64,000 nucleotides of DNA, from the NCBI RefSeq assembly GCF_006345805.1, contig NW_021833437.1, forward strand, positions 39,237-103,236, in the 5' to 3' direction. The translations under genes and the position numbers were made by a program. Every line of letters starts with the position of its first letter. The first letter of the stretch is position 1. This stretch comes from Octopus sinensis (lineage: Eukaryota). Positions 1 through 14,117 of this stretch are shown here, in pieces. The notes beneath the pieces were generated by a model. It did no database searches and had not been told where the DNA came from. It saw nothing but the letters and a program-made list of their open reading frames with translations.

Positions 1-176
1 TGTTTGTGCGCGTCCGTGTGCTCTCGCTCGTGTGTGTATGCATTGAAAAATCCGCTATTTCGAATGAGATAGCGCGATGTTTTGAACTCTATTTAAATCC
101 ATGTATTCTTAATTCCGGCATTTCTTCCAGCATTTCACGCTCTGAATTCAAATGCTATTTCGCCTTCCAACATTTT

Positions 177-470
177 GTGGTGGCGCAATGGCCCAGTGGT
201 CGGTGGATCGCAGTTTCGATTCCCAAACCGGGTGTTGTGTGTGTTTATTGATCGCAGACACATAAAAGCTCATCGAGACTCCGGCAGAGGGTGGTGGCGA
301 CCCCTGTTGTACTCTTTCGCCACTGCTTTCTCACACTCTCTCTTCCTGTTTCTTGAGTAACGCTGTGATGGACTGGCATCCCGTTCAGCTGGGTGGAGGG
401 ACACACATACACCACAGAAACCGGGAAACCGGGCCCATGAGTTTGGCTAGGCTTGAAAAGAGTGATGCTT
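177..470 (+). mobile_element. tRNA-derived SINE, family 3 head (OR-like), tail type A
   Basis: Head gtggtggcgcaatggcccagtggt...gtttcgattcccaaaccggg (A/B-box-like) is shared with 35323-35710 and 36065-36375; the tail contains tgatggactggcatcccgt. Confidence 0.75.
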
Positions 471-859
471 ATCGTTTTATTCTTAATTCCAATCAATTTT
501 AAAACATAATCTGCTCTTCGATTTTTTCCTTTCCTTTTTTTCCCTATTATATACAGTTGACAAAGTTACAAAGCGTATATCTGAGAACAAAATAAGCACA
601 ATATTTAGTTTGTCTTTGTATTAACACATCATATATTGCGTACACTTTACACGTGGTCACTAGTAAATAACTTAATCACTACGGGAAACCAGATCTTCAG
701 AAAACAACAGTACTTTAATCCATATTTATTCACCAGCCTTGGTTTGCAGTACTATATATCAACTGCTTCTAAATTCTTTTCTGCTCTAGGTACAAGGTCC
801 GAATTTTTTGTTATTCCTTAGTTTCAACTTTCAATAAATAAACACAATACTTCACATAA

Positions 860-975
860 CTGCTCTGATTGACCCCAGTATGCAACTAGTACTTAATTTA
901 TCGACCCCGAATGGATGAAAGGCGAAGTCGACGTCGGTGGAATTTGAAATCTGAACGTAAAGATACACGAACTAC
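860..975 (-). mobile_element. Fragment of Nin-domain-like SINE (family 2)
   Basis: gaccccagtatgcaactagtacttaatttatcgacccc...ggatgaaaggcgaagtcgac matches the reverse of the copies at 18978 and 33406. Confidence 0.75.
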
Positions 976-1039
976 TTCTAAATTCGGAACATTCTATATA
1001 TCATAGTTATAAAAATGAAGATTATATGTTTTGTTTGTT

Positions 1040-1193
1040 TGTTGGCACTCCGTCGCTTACGACGATGAGGGTTCCAGTTCATCCGATCAAAGGAACAGGC
1101 TGTACGTGAAATTAACGTGCAAGTGGCTGAATACTCTACAGACACGTGTACCCTTAACGTAGTTCTCAGGGACATTCAGCGTGACACAGTGTG
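1040..1193 (-). mobile_element. 3' part of family 3 SINE (tail type B)
   Basis: Reverse complement matches 35555-35705 (gtgtcacgctgaat...ctgagaactacgttaagggtacacgtgtctgt). Confidence 0.8.
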
Positions 1194-1309
1194 TGTAAAA
1201 CAGGCAAGATTTTCCGTCGGTTCTTCAGCCCGACGTTTCCCGAGTACTCGCAAAATATTACTAATTATTTTGAGGATCACTGAACATTCCAATTCCACTA
1301 TATATGCAT

Positions 1310-1455
1310 TGAGTCGAACCAGGGGCAGCTGATGAAGGGGAATTTTCCTTGTATTGTTTGTCCTGTTTTTTCGTTGTTAAAAAAAGCCCGTTTCCTTGTT
1401 TGATTTTATGTTTACGTTTCTCGTTGTGTTCTACGTTTATTTGTGTTGTCCTGTA

Positions 1456-1458
<3 letters not shown>
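1310..1458 (+). repeat. Dispersed repeat (possible Penelope pLTR fragment) ending in (TA)n
   Basis: About 150 bp similar to the reverse complement of 6995-7150 (aggggcagctgaNgaagggNaaNNttccttg...). Confidence 0.55.
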
Positions 1459-1489
<31 letters not shown>

Positions 1490-1664
1490 TGTATATATAC
1501 ATATAGATGTAAGTATGTACATATATGTACGTATATATGCATATGTTTTATTTATTTATTATATTGTTATATATGTATATATGTGTGTGTGTGTGTGTGT
1601 GTAGATATGCAGATATACGTACATGTTCACATAGACATACACATATATATATCTGTGTGTGCCT

Positions 1665-1704
<40 letters not shown>

Positions 1705-1708
1705 TATA

Positions 1709-1754
<46 letters not shown>

Positions 1755-2307
1755 GTATATATATTTATATAAATATATATACACACAATCCTGCATACAT
1801 AATTAAATATGTACGCACACGTATGCCTAGATGTGGAAATATTAGTGCATTTATAGACATACATAATGAATCATAATATAATAGATACACATAGATAAAC
1901 CGTTTAATTTCGATCGAATACACTTAGACGTTTCCTAAACAGTACCAAAAAAAAACTAAAAAAAACTAAAAAAGAAAGAAACAGTAATAAAACGCAAAGA
2001 GAAATAAAATTATGATGAATAACTTCTTTTACAGGAAAGATAAAACGGTCATTTTTATACGGAACCTAACAATACTTGACAGTCTCATTGATTCTCAGGT
2101 TAGGATAAAGCACGAAACGGCAAGCAAAAAATTTTTGAAGAGAATTAACCAAGATGGCTTATAATATAAGATGACTGATTATCTCTGTTTTTATATTCTG
2201 TTTTTTTTTTTGGGGGGGGGGTCTTGTTTGCTATTCATCCATTTGGCTTTTGGAGTTTGTTTTCGAACACTTGCCAGTGTTGTACTTATTTGTTCATGCC
2301 TTTATTT

Positions 2308-2341
<34 letters not shown>

Positions 2342-2537
2342 CATTTCTTACAGAAATTTTGGTAAAATTCCAAGAATAAAATTTGCCTATACAATCAGTT
2401 CCTCCTGCAGATATTTCACCTTATCTCGCAATTGTTGATGGCTTCCTTATTATTTCCGCTCTGCAAACCAATAATAAAAACGAATAGTCCGGCTATAGAC
2501 ATACATACATAGACATACATTCATACATACATATCAC

Positions 2538-2570
<33 letters not shown>

Positions 2571-2637
2571 TATTAGTATATATATATAATATTATATATA
2601 TATATGTATATGTATAAATGTACATCATATATATATC

Positions 2638-2682
<45 letters not shown>

Positions 2683-2859
2683 TATGTATATATATGTGTG
2701 TATATATGTGGGTGTGCGCATGCGTATATTTGTATTGGTTTACTGTGAACGAATAGACTAATTTATTTTTAAATTTCGTCTACATGTCGGTTTGCCATAA
2801 AAACTATTGGGATGGTGATTTTTATCCTGTGGTCGTATAGGCGTTGGTCTTGCCGTTAT

Positions 2860-3390
2860 GTTTGATGGTAGTGGTGGTGTTGGGGATAAATAATAGTACT
2901 GGTGGTGCTGATAGTAGGACAATGGTGGTGGTGGTGGTGGTGGTGAGGATTGTGGTGATAGCAGTGACGGCGGTGTTGGTGTTGTTGGTGATGGTGAAGG
3001 TAGTGGTGCTGATAGGAAAATGAAGTTCATTTGACGGTGAAGTTGCAGTAAATATAGCTATCATAAATGAGACAGTATGACGATGGTGATGATGATGATG
3101 AGGAGGAGGAGGAGGATGGTGTTGATGATGATGGGGAGGAGGAGGTGGAGGAGGAGGAGGAGGATGATGATGAGGAGGATGACGATGATAATGATGATGG
3201 TGAAAATGATGATGATGATGATGATGATGATGGGGTGTGGTTGGTGGTGGTGGTGGTGGTGGTGGTGGTGGTGGTGGTGGTGGTTATGATGACGACGACG
3301 ACGGCGGTGACGGCGAGAAAGATGATGATGATCATGATCATGATGATGACCCCCACCACCACCACCACCACCATCATCACCACGATGAAG
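2860..3390. repeat. Compound trinucleotide microsatellite (GGT/GAT/GAG/CAC)
   Basis: Direct reading; source of the poly-D/E/H/V ORFs in the track. Confidence 0.9.
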
Positions 3391-3557
3391 ACAAGGATAA
3401 GGGGTATTCGGAGGTTGCAATGCAATTCCTCTGGGCTGCAAAAGTATGTCGAAACCGTGCATCTCAGCTCAAAAATCTTAGTTCTTATCCAGGCAAGAGA
3501 AACGTGAATGTACGCACATACGTATGTGTGTATGGTGTGTGTGTGTGTGTGTGTGTG

Positions 3558-3852
3558 TGAAGGCGCGTGGTTCAGTGGTTATAGTGTTGCACTCATGATT
3601 GCGAGGTCGTGTGTTCGATTCCCAAACCGGGCGATGTGTTGTGTTCTCGAGCAAAGCACTTCATTTCAGGTTGCCCAACGACCATTTCGTCATCTCACAT
3701 GCGTCACCAGTTGCACCTGTACAGGTAATGTCGGTCTGGTGGAGGGAGTGAGCTTATGTCTACACAAACATTTGATCATTAATCATCTGTGTGGTTGTTC
3801 GGTAAGAAATTCTCGAGCCTTCATACGTCGTCTAACGACGAGAGAGTCCATC
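3558..3852 (+). mobile_element. tRNA-derived SINE (CORE-like), related to 18563-18850
   Basis: gaaggcgcgtggttcagtggtt...gttcgattccc head followed by ttctcgagcaaagcact; the body aligns by eye to 18563-18850. Confidence 0.65.
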
Positions 3853-5446
3853 TCATATACATTTATAAGTATGTATGTACGTATGCATGTTCTGAGCATT
3901 ACACCAAACTGCATCCTTTAGTGGGACTCCGGTTAAAAAGATCCATGGTTTTCAGGAGAATGCAACTACCCCTTACTCACTATTTTCCTAGGTCTACTCT
4001 GACCCGGTGCAGTAGCGCCTGTCACGGTTCCTTCAATAGGTTTAACTAGCATATGTGATGACAATCCAAATGAGAACGAGGATGCAGCAGTTATGGCCTT
4101 GGGTCTGTTGTTGTTGTTGTTGTTAAGCAACAAGACGGGTAAGGGTGATTAGGTGATGGTCTAGAGCTTAGGGGCGGGAGACCCCAGAACTTGAAAAAAA
4201 AACTTTGGTCGTCTTGTTGTAGTCGAGGGCTCTTCGTTGACGCCCGTCACCACTAGGAGATGGCCCTCGAAGTCGCTGGAAATGGAGATCTCCAGTTCCA
4301 AATTCTTGAACGGCTGGCCTTGGGTCTTGGAGAAGTTGGGATGTTGTGTTCTTCAGTAAAGCAAAGAAAATATAAAACAAAGCAAACATTGATTCATGTA
4401 ATCCTAGATATATTTATATCAGAATTAATGTCATTATGATCCCATTCGAACGTCATTTTGATTTTATATCTGACCTTGTGTTAAACATTCTTTTATTCAA
4501 TGTTTAAACATTTGTGTAAAGACCGAGAGACTTGGAATTAATAAATAAAAATATATTGAGCAGGCAAAAAAAATGTTCAAGAATTTTCCGTTTTAATTCT
4601 AATTCTCATTTTCTTCGGGCGCGTGTTGTTTCTTTATTGACATCATATTGTAACAACATGACATTGCCATAATGCTGTTTAACATGGATTGCATCATTCT
4701 GCATATAATGCGCACTACTTCAGAACCATTCGAATCGAGAATATTATGAAAACAAATTTAAGGAGAATAGTTTGTTTTTTTAGGGTTGTTTATTTTTAAG
4801 AAACAAATAAAATCATACGTAGCCAAAACCAAAGACTAAATCTATAAAAAATAAATTTAAACAACAAACATGAACGCAAAACACAAAGAATTATCAGTCA
4901 GTAAACAGATGAGAAAAGCAACTAAAAAAGAAACAAAATGGCGGACAAAACAAATGAGCGAGCGATCTGTCCTTCAAGCTGATAGACAGGGAAGACACTA
5001 CAAACTGTTGGCGTTCGGGATTCATGCATTTTAAAAGGATTTAATCAAGCTTTCATTTCTATTTCGTTATCATTCTTGTTTTCAAATAAATCGCATCCCA
5101 CCTCACATACTCAATACTGAATTCTCTTCTTTCGGTAAAAATTGAGAAAATTGTATTTAAGTCAGGAATCAACAGGAAGGAAGTTTCCTTGTTTTAATTT
5201 CATTTCTCTTTTTGAGTTGTTTGTTTTTGTGATTGTTTTTATTTTGTTTTCGCTTTGTTTTTGGTTTGTTTCTTTTTACATGGAAACCAATGCCGCTGAA
5301 CATGGATTAAAGATTAGAGAACGGAGAAGCAGAGTAGAATGAGACAAGATTAGCAAGCCAAGATATCTATCATCTTCAGAGAGAGAGACAGAAAGAGAGA
5401 GAGAGAGAGAATTAAAAGCATTTCTATATTTGAATGTATCTATCTA

Positions 5447-5498
<52 letters not shown>

Positions 5499-5519
5499 AT
5501 CTATCTATCTATCTATCTA

Positions 5520-5567
<48 letters not shown>

Positions 5568-5570
<3 letters not shown>

Positions 5571-5940
5571 TCTTTTACTTGTTTCAGTCATTTGACTGCA
5601 GGCATAATAGAGCACCGCGTTTAGTCGAAGAAATCGACGCCAGGACATATTTTTTGTTAGCCTAGTACTTATTCAATCGATCTCTTTTGTCGAACCGCTA
5701 AGTTACGGGAATGTAAACACACCAAATACATACACATATTCACACACACACATATATATATATATATACATATATACGACGGGCTTCTTTCAGTTTCCGT
5801 CTACCACATCTACCCACAAGGCTTTGGTCGGTCCGAGGCTCTAGTAGAAGACACTTGCCCAAGGTACCACGCAGTGGAACTGAATCCGGAACCATGTGGT
5901 TGTAAGCAAGCTACTTACCACACAGCCTCCCCTGTGCCTA
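5568..5940 (-). mobile_element. tRNA-derived SINE family 1 with internal microsatellite
   Basis: Reverse complement begins aggcacaggggaggctgtgtggtaagtagcttgct...ccttgggcaagtgtc; 3' end gactgaaacaagtaaaagag; more than 10 copies in the window. Confidence 0.9.
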
Positions 5941-5949
5941 TACACACAC

Positions 5950-6091
<142 letters not shown>

Positions 6092-6108
6092 TGATTGATT
6101 GATTGATT

Positions 6109-6204
<96 letters not shown>

Positions 6205-6809
6205 TACATAGAGAAAGAGAGAGATAATAGAATAGACAGATAGACAGCGAGAGAGATAGAGAGAGAGAGAGAGAGATCTATAGAGATTGTATTTTGTTCG
6301 CTTATTTTATAAACATATCTTTCCACTCGATCTGAGTTCTAAAGAAAATGATAATTACACTGTGAAGAACATGTATGCATACACAGATACACAAGCAGTC
6401 ACGCACAGACATTCACGCACACACAGCATATATGCTCAAGCACACCCACACAAACACACACACACATATATATCTGTGTTTACATTTCTGTGTGAGTGTA
6501 TGTATATGAGTGTGTGTGGGGGGGGGACGAAAATATGAACGAGTATGTAGAGATGTAGGGAAGGTGAAGAAGGTGAAGAACAAAACAAGGAAGAAAGGCC
6601 TATGAGTGTGTGTGTGTGTGTGTGTGTGTGTTTGGATGAGATAGCTATACTCCAATAATTATATGAAGACACATTAGACACACGGATGATTAATTAAAAT
6701 CTAATAGGTTTTGTAGCGTTCTGGGCTGGGGTGATATACAAAGATATGGTACGGTAGATTTAGTCATTTATATATACTCATACATGCATAGCTATGTGCC
6801 TTTATATAT

Positions 6810-6866
<57 letters not shown>

Positions 6867-6994
6867 CGTGTGTGTGCCTGTGTGTATACATACATGTGTA
6901 TATATATATAATAACAAATGTATAAATAAAACATATGCATATATACATACATATATGTACATAACTACGTCTATATGTATATATACATGCATAT

Positions 6995-7250
6995 ATGGGT
7001 ACAGGACACCAAATAACGTAGAACACAATGAGAAACGAAAACATAAAAACAAAAACAAGGAAACGGACTTTTTCAAACAACGACAAAACAGAGTACAAGT
7101 CATACAACACAAGGAATATTTCCCTTCTTCAGCTGCCCCTGCTTCGACTACTCCACGTTTCGAAGGTAAGGGCAAAACACGACTTCGTTGAAACAATCCT
7201 TTCCGCAAAGCAAATTAAATAAAATTTGGGATTTTTTGCGGAGGGGTAAA
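6995..7250 (-). repeat. Second copy of the 1310-1458 repeat family
   Basis: Reverse-complement similarity to 1310-1458; abuts a TA/CA microsatellite. Confidence 0.55.
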
Positions 7251-7329
7251 AGTGGTGACAGGAACAGAACAGTAAAAACAAAACAAAGCAGTAAAAGCAA
7301 TAAAAGAAAAACGACCAACTTTGGTTTCG

Positions 7330-7712
7330 AGACCAAAGGTGTACTTCCATCAGGATCTTGCTCGGTCACATACAGTCATGATGACATTTCAAAGGCTGAA
7401 GCAGTTTGAATGGGAAACGATGTCCCACCCTCCATATTCGCCGGACATTGCCCCATCTGATTATCATTTATTCTGCAATCTTCAAAATCATTTGGATGGA
7501 AAAAATATGGATTCTGTAGAGGAGGTCAGAACAGTACTGGGGGAATACTTTTCGTTACGGGCAAGCGAATTTTGAAAGACGGGCGTTGCAAGTCTACCAG
7601 ATATATGGAAGAACATTGTAGAAAATGAAGGAGAGTATATTTTAGATTAAAAAAGAACTTTGTTTTTCTTAATTTTGAAGAACAAAAGAAGTAAAAAAAA
7701 CGCATTATTTAC
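7330..7712 (+). pseudogene. mariner (DD34D-type) transposase C-terminal fragment with partial right TIR
   Basis: Translation FHQDLARSHT...HPPYSPDIAPSDYHLF...LPDIWKNIVENEGEY matches the mariner HDNAxxH and YSPDLAPxD motifs; frameshift and stop present. Confidence 0.9.
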
Positions 7713-7714
7713 AA

Positions 7715-7798
<84 letters not shown>

Positions 7799-8794
7799 TA
7801 TATCATGCTTATATTTATAAGTGTGTGTACATATTTTCATATGCATATGTATGCATACATGCATTATGCATATATGTATTTATTCAGAATATTCCATGAG
7901 TATAGTTCTAACAGTTTTTAATTAGCGAAAATTTTAATACATATAATATATCCAGCAGCTTTAGAAGATTAGCAGATGCTTAATGCAAGACTTCTGTTTG
8001 AAAATTTACTCATTATTTTTAATTTACTCGTTTAATGATTTTTGTTTAATTAATTTTATATAGCTTTGCACTGATCCAGTTTCAAAGCCTACGTTATGCA
8101 ATGATTTATGAAGCCATAAAAACAAATACTTTTAAAGAAATATTAAATACGCCATTTATTTAATCGATCGTCGACATTTCGTCCTTTGTTCCTCCTAGCT
8201 TGAGTGCAAAACCATGAGTATATGTACGTCCATGTGTATGTGTATAGCTGTATGTGTGCGCATGTGGCTGTATATGTTTATGTTTGTGCAAATATCATTC
8301 CTCTTTTTGTTGTTACTGTTTTTTTTATTAATCGCACAGATTGATTTTTTTCCTTGCTTTATTGATTTTTAATTATTTTAATTTAATTTTTGCTCTATTG
8401 TTAAATATATCATGCAAGGATCAATTTGCTCAACAAGAAACATTATCATTTTCATTATTGTTATTATTATTAATATTATTATTATTATTGTTGTTGTTGT
8501 TGTTAGTCAACTAGTTAACCGATTAACCAATAAACTAATCAATTACTAGATTAATCGTTTAATGAATCTGTCAGTTAAATGCTCGTGTCAATGTCCTTTC
8601 GTCGTCTTCCTAACTTCCTCCGTGATCTGCCCTCGCTACTTGAGATTTTTCCCGTTGACACTATCTATTACTATAAAACATTTTATTGATGTTGCTATAA
8701 AACATTTTATTGATGTTGCTTGACGTCTGAATAAGACTGGTCAAACCTATAATCAAAGACACTCAAGTCATGACCATCCAGGATCAAATTTTAT

Positions 8795-9483
8795 CTAACG
8801 TAACTCAAAATGTTTGACGGAGATTTTAGCGAAGAGTCTTACAAATGAGTAACGAGCGAAGGCAAATGGCTAAGTGCTTAGAGCATTGGGCTTACAATAA
8901 TGTGGTTGTGAGTTTCATTCCCACACCAGGCTGTGTTGCGTCCTTGAGCAAGGCACTTTATTTCACGTTGTTCCAGTTCATTCAACTGTAGAAATGAATC
9001 GTAATGTCCCTCGTGCCAAGCTGTATCGGCCTTTGCTTTTCCAGTGGACAACATCAGTGGCGTAGAGAGGGGAGGCTGGTGTCCATGGGTGACTGCTGGT
9101 CTTCCAAAAACAACCTTGCGCGGACTTATGCTTCGGAGGGAATATTTCTAGGTGCAATCCCATAGGCATCCATGACCAAGGGAGTTTTTTACTCTTTACA
9201 GTAGGAGCTCTACCGAGCATTCTATTTCATTCTCCTTCAGCCACTTGTTTATATATTGGCTTACTGCTCCCAACGCACTAATTACTATAGGTACGACCTT
9301 TATTGTTCGCATGCTCCAAATTCTTCCAATTTCAAATTTTAAGGGATTGTATTTTTTTCTTCTATTTCATTTTTCTTCCTCTTTCTTTACGGTCCTGGAA
9401 TCAAACGAGTATGATGGGTCGATACGTATAAAATTCGCTTTTCCTTATCTATAATCGTTACGTCTGGTCGATTATATTTTCTA
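8795..9483 (-). pseudogene. R4/Dong-like non-LTR retrotransposon, restriction-like endonuclease (RLE) C-terminus, interrupted by a SINE
   Basis: Minus-strand translation NRPDVTIIDKEKR...KKEEEK...KYNPLKFEIGRIWSMRTIKVVPIVISALGAV (9483-9197) is the typical RPD/KY/PIVIGALG RLE pattern; a weak AKI.RQT-like continuation lies below 8857. Confidence 0.75.
8857..9197 (+). mobile_element. tRNA-derived CORE-like SINE
   Basis: Decayed tRNA head (gaaggcaaatggctaagtgcttagagc...gagtttcattccc) followed by tccttgagcaaggcacttt. Confidence 0.65.
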
Positions 9484-10209
9484 ATTTTTTGTCTGCCGTT
9501 TTTCTTGCTTTGATGTCGTTGCGTTGTAATCAGTTCACTAGGTAGCTAATTAACTAATCAATTGGATGATCGAATACTTGATCTACTAATCAGTTGTTTC
9601 GTCCACCTGTAGCCTTATCGATGACAGGCTGTCATCTGCTCCACTTTGTACTATCGTGAACCTTCTTTTAGTTTTACAACTAATTATACTGCCTTTGTTT
9701 TTTTATCACAATTTACACTGCTTGAATTTTGTATGGTGTGTCGTTTTAATTAGCACAAAACATAGTACAAGTAGTAGCATTAGTCGTTTTAATTATGATA
9801 ATGTTATGTACGCTTTTTGCGCTTCATGAACAGTGCTTTTGTTTGTAGTATGATCTTGTCTATGTATTTGTTTGTTGTTTACTCACGTATGTCAATACTT
9901 ACTAGTTGAGCTTGTTGTTAGATAGATGTTCTTTCGTGTTTTGAACTTTTGGCCTTGTGGCCTTTGGGGTTTTTTTCCGTTTCTGCACAAATAATTTTCT
10001 TATTAGCGCATATAAATTCGTCCAACCATGTGTGAAAATGTCTTATCAACATGCATAAACACATAAACACATACATACTAGTACCAGTGTATGTATATAC
10101 AGACGTATATATATATATGTGCGAACAAACATATATCTATTTATATACACATGCGTATATACACATTCTTTTCTTCTTTTACTTGTTTCAATCATTTGAC
10201 TGCGGCCAT

Positions 10210-11540
10210 GTCGACCTCGGTGGGTTTTGAAACCAGAACGCGCGTAGCTGCAAACGAAATACCTATTTCTTTACTACCCACATGGGACTAAACACAGAGA
10301 GGACAAACAAGGACAGACTAACGGATTGAGCCGATTATATCGACCCCAGTGCGTAACTGGAACTTATTTAATCGACCCCAAAAGGATGAAAGGCAAAGTC
10401 GACCTCGGCGGAATTTAGACTCAGAACGTAGCGGCAGACGAAATACCTATTTCTTTATTACCCACAAGGGGCTAAACATAGACGGGACAAACAAGGACAG
10501 ACATAGGTATTAAGTCGATTACATCGACTCCAGTGCGTAACTGGTACTTATTTAATCGACCCCGAAAGGATGAAAGGCAAAGTCGACCTCGGTGGGTTTT
10601 GAAACCTGAACGTGCGTAGCTGCAAACGAAATACCTATTTCTTTACTACCCACAATGGGCTAAACACAGAGAGGACATACAAGGACAGACAAACGGATTA
10701 AGTCGATTATATCGACCCCAGTGCGTAACTGGTGCTTATTTAATCGACCCCAAAAGGTGAAAGGCAAAGTCGACCTTGGCGAAATTTGAACTCAGAACGT
10801 AGCGGCAGACGAAATACCGCTAAGCATTTCGCCCGGCGTGCTAACGATTCTGCCAGCTCGCCGCCTTTTATTTGCGTAATAATTGTTTCAAATTTTGCCA
10901 CAAGACCAGCAATTTTAAGAGAGGGGATGAGTCGATTACTGGTACTTAATTTATCGACCTCAAAAGGATGAAAGCTATATTGTGTAATAGTCCTTACTAT
11001 AATAGGCACAAGGCCTTAAATTTGGGGGCGAAGTGTAGTCGATTATACTGACCACATTGTTTCACTGGTAGTTAATCCACCGACTCCGAAAGGATGTAAG
11101 GTAATGTCGACCTCAGCGCAATTTCAACTCAGAACGTAGAGGCGGGCGAAATACCTATTTCTATTTCTTTACTACCCACAAGGGGCTAAACACAGAGGGG
11201 ACAAACAAGGACAGACAAACGGATTAAGTCGATTACATTGACCCCAGTGCGTAACTGGTACTTACTTTATCGACCCCAAAAGGATGAAAGGCAAAGTCGA
11301 CCTCGGCGGAATTTGAACTCAGAACGTAGCGGCAAACGAAATACAGCTACGCATTTCGCCCGGCGTGCTAACGTTTCTGTTAAGCATTTCGTCTAGCTCG
11401 CAGCCTTCTTTATTGTGTAATAATAATTTAAAATTTTGCCAGAAGAGCAGCAATTTTGGGAAACTGAATCGGTCGATTATGTCTACCCCAGTGCGAAACT
11501 GGTATTTAATTTAACGACACCGAAAGGATGGAAAGCTATA
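10210..11540 (-). mobile_element. Head-to-tail cluster of Nin-domain-like SINE (family 2) copies
   Basis: Repeated atcgaccccagtgcgtaactggtactta...atcgacccc.aaaggatgaaaggcaaagtcgacctcgg; tRNA heads end near 10866 and 11405. Confidence 0.9.
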
Positions 11541-11959
11541 TTCTGTAATCATGAAATCGTTTAAATCCCATGACAGTTTTTCTTTTTTTTTTAATCCTAA
11601 AATCATAAATCTCAATGTGAGTCTACCTGTAACTATTATATGATTTTGGGTGTCGGAATATTTTTGTTAAGCATTTGTATATGGATCCCTATATATTTGA
11701 GAAGGAAGATAATAACAATAACTTCTGCTGTTGCCGGCGGCAATGGTATTGGTAGGAAGGGATGGTTGTTGAGTTGGTGACAATGCTGCTCACGACGCTG
11801 GATTGATGGTACAATTGACGGTCAGAATGTTGTTAGTGTTATTTGATATACGGCAAGCAGGTTTCCCCGTTGGTTTACCGAATTAACTATTGCTAAACTA
11901 ATTAAAGCACCATCTGTTCTCAGATCTGTCACTTAATTACATTTTAATGAAAATTATTA

Positions 11960-12178
<219 letters not shown>

Positions 12179-12374
12179 ATTGATGAGTTTAATTTTATAT
12201 CTGAAATCAATTTTGAAGCCAAAATTCTATTATTTGGACCTTAAATACACAATGTGTTAAATTACACGTGTCTATCTAAACACATTGGGTAATTTTTCAA
12301 CTTTTATGTGTAATTTATGCATACACGTATCTAATACAAGTATGCACGTTTTAATTCACGATTACTACTATATA

Positions 12375-13002
12375 TATGCATACGTGTGTGTATGTATGTA
12401 GGTACGTATGTATGTATGTATGTATGTATGTATGTATGTATATATGTATGTGTATGTATGTATGTATGTGTATATGTACATATGCATGTGTGAACGTACG
12501 TATGCATACATGTATGTCGGCATGTACGTATATATATATTCATATGTATGCATGTATATATATACGTATGTATGTATGCGTGTATGAATGTATGTATATA
12601 CGTATGAATGCATGCATGTATTATGCATGTATGCATGCATGTATGTATGTATGTGCATATGCATGTAGGTATGCATGTATGTATCCATGTATTATGTATG
12701 CATGCATATATGTATGCTTGTATGTAAGCATGCATGTATTTATGTATTATGCCCTTATGTATGCATGTATAAATGTATTGATGTATGTAATCATGTATAT
12801 ATGCATGTACGCATGTATGTATGTATACATGCATGTATGTATATCCATACACATATATAATACAAGTATGTACTTTTTAATTCAATACTGCTACTACTAC
12901 TATATACATGCAATTATGTATGTATGTGTGTGTGTATGTATGTACGTATGTATGTATGTATGTATGTATGTATGCATGTATGTATGTATGTATGTATGTA
13001 TG

Positions 13003-13033
<31 letters not shown>

Positions 13034-13114
13034 GTATGTATGTATGTATGTATGTATGTATGCATGTATGTATGTATGTATGTATGTATGCATGTATGTA
13101 TGTATGCATGTATG

Positions 13115-13145
<31 letters not shown>

Positions 13146-13166
13146 GTACGTATGTATGTATGTATG

Positions 13167-13197
<31 letters not shown>

Positions 13198-13475
13198 GTA
13201 TGTATGCATGTATGTATGTATGTAAGTATGTATGCATGTATTGTATGTATGTATGCATGTATGTATGTATGCATGTATGTATGTATGTATGTATGTATGA
13301 TGAATGTATGTATGTATGTGTAAGTATGTATGTATGTATGTATGTATGTATGCATGTATGTATGTATGTATGTATGTATGTATTAAGTATGCATGTATGT
13401 ATGTATGTAAGTATGTATGCATGTATGTATGTATGTATGTATGCATGTATGTATGTATGCATGTATGTATGTATG

Positions 13476-13506
<31 letters not shown>

Positions 13507-13815
13507 GTATGTATGTATGTATGTATGTATGTATGCATGTATGTATGTATGTATGTATGTAAGTATGCATGTATGTATGTATGTAAGTATGTATGCATGT
13601 ATGTATGTATGTATGTATGCATGTATGTATGTATGCATGTATGTATGTATGTATGTATGTATGTATGTATGTATGTATGCATGTATGTATGTATCTATGT
13701 ATGCATGTATGTATGTATGCATGTATGTATGTATGTATGTATGTATGTATGTATGTATGTATGTATGTATGAATGTATGTATGTATGTATGTATGCATGT
13801 ATGTATGTATGCATG

Positions 13816-13846
<31 letters not shown>

Positions 13847-14086
13847 GTATGTAAGTATGTATGTATGTATGCACGTATGTATGTATGTATGTATGTATGT
13901 ATGCATGTATGTATGTATGTATGTATGCATGTATGTATGTATGCATGTATGTATGTATGTATGTATGTATGTATGTATGTATGTATGAATGAATGTATGT
14001 ATGTATGTATGTATGCATGTATGTATGCATGTATGTATGTATGTATGTATCATGTATGTATGTATGTATGTATGCATGTATGTATG

Positions 14087-14117
<31 letters not shown>

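Noticed and set aside
1205-1250. Minus-strand GAAACGTC-ggg-CTGAAGA motif
   Set aside because: Both half-cores are present but stem I cannot form.
1324-1368. Hammerhead at ggcag-CTGATGA-agggg...cctt (and 7100-7135 minus)
   Set aside because: GAAA is absent after stem II in both copies; the permuted reading gives no stem I.
3027-3560. Acidic/His-rich protein ORFs (also 40297-40737 and 62531-63122)
   Set aside because: Trinucleotide microsatellites open in several frames, with no non-repetitive coding context.
8672-8720. Short tandem duplications (24 bp here; 16 bp at 50225; 25 bp at 59344; about 200 bp at 18200-18580)
   Set aside because: Ordinary slippage duplications with no further structure.
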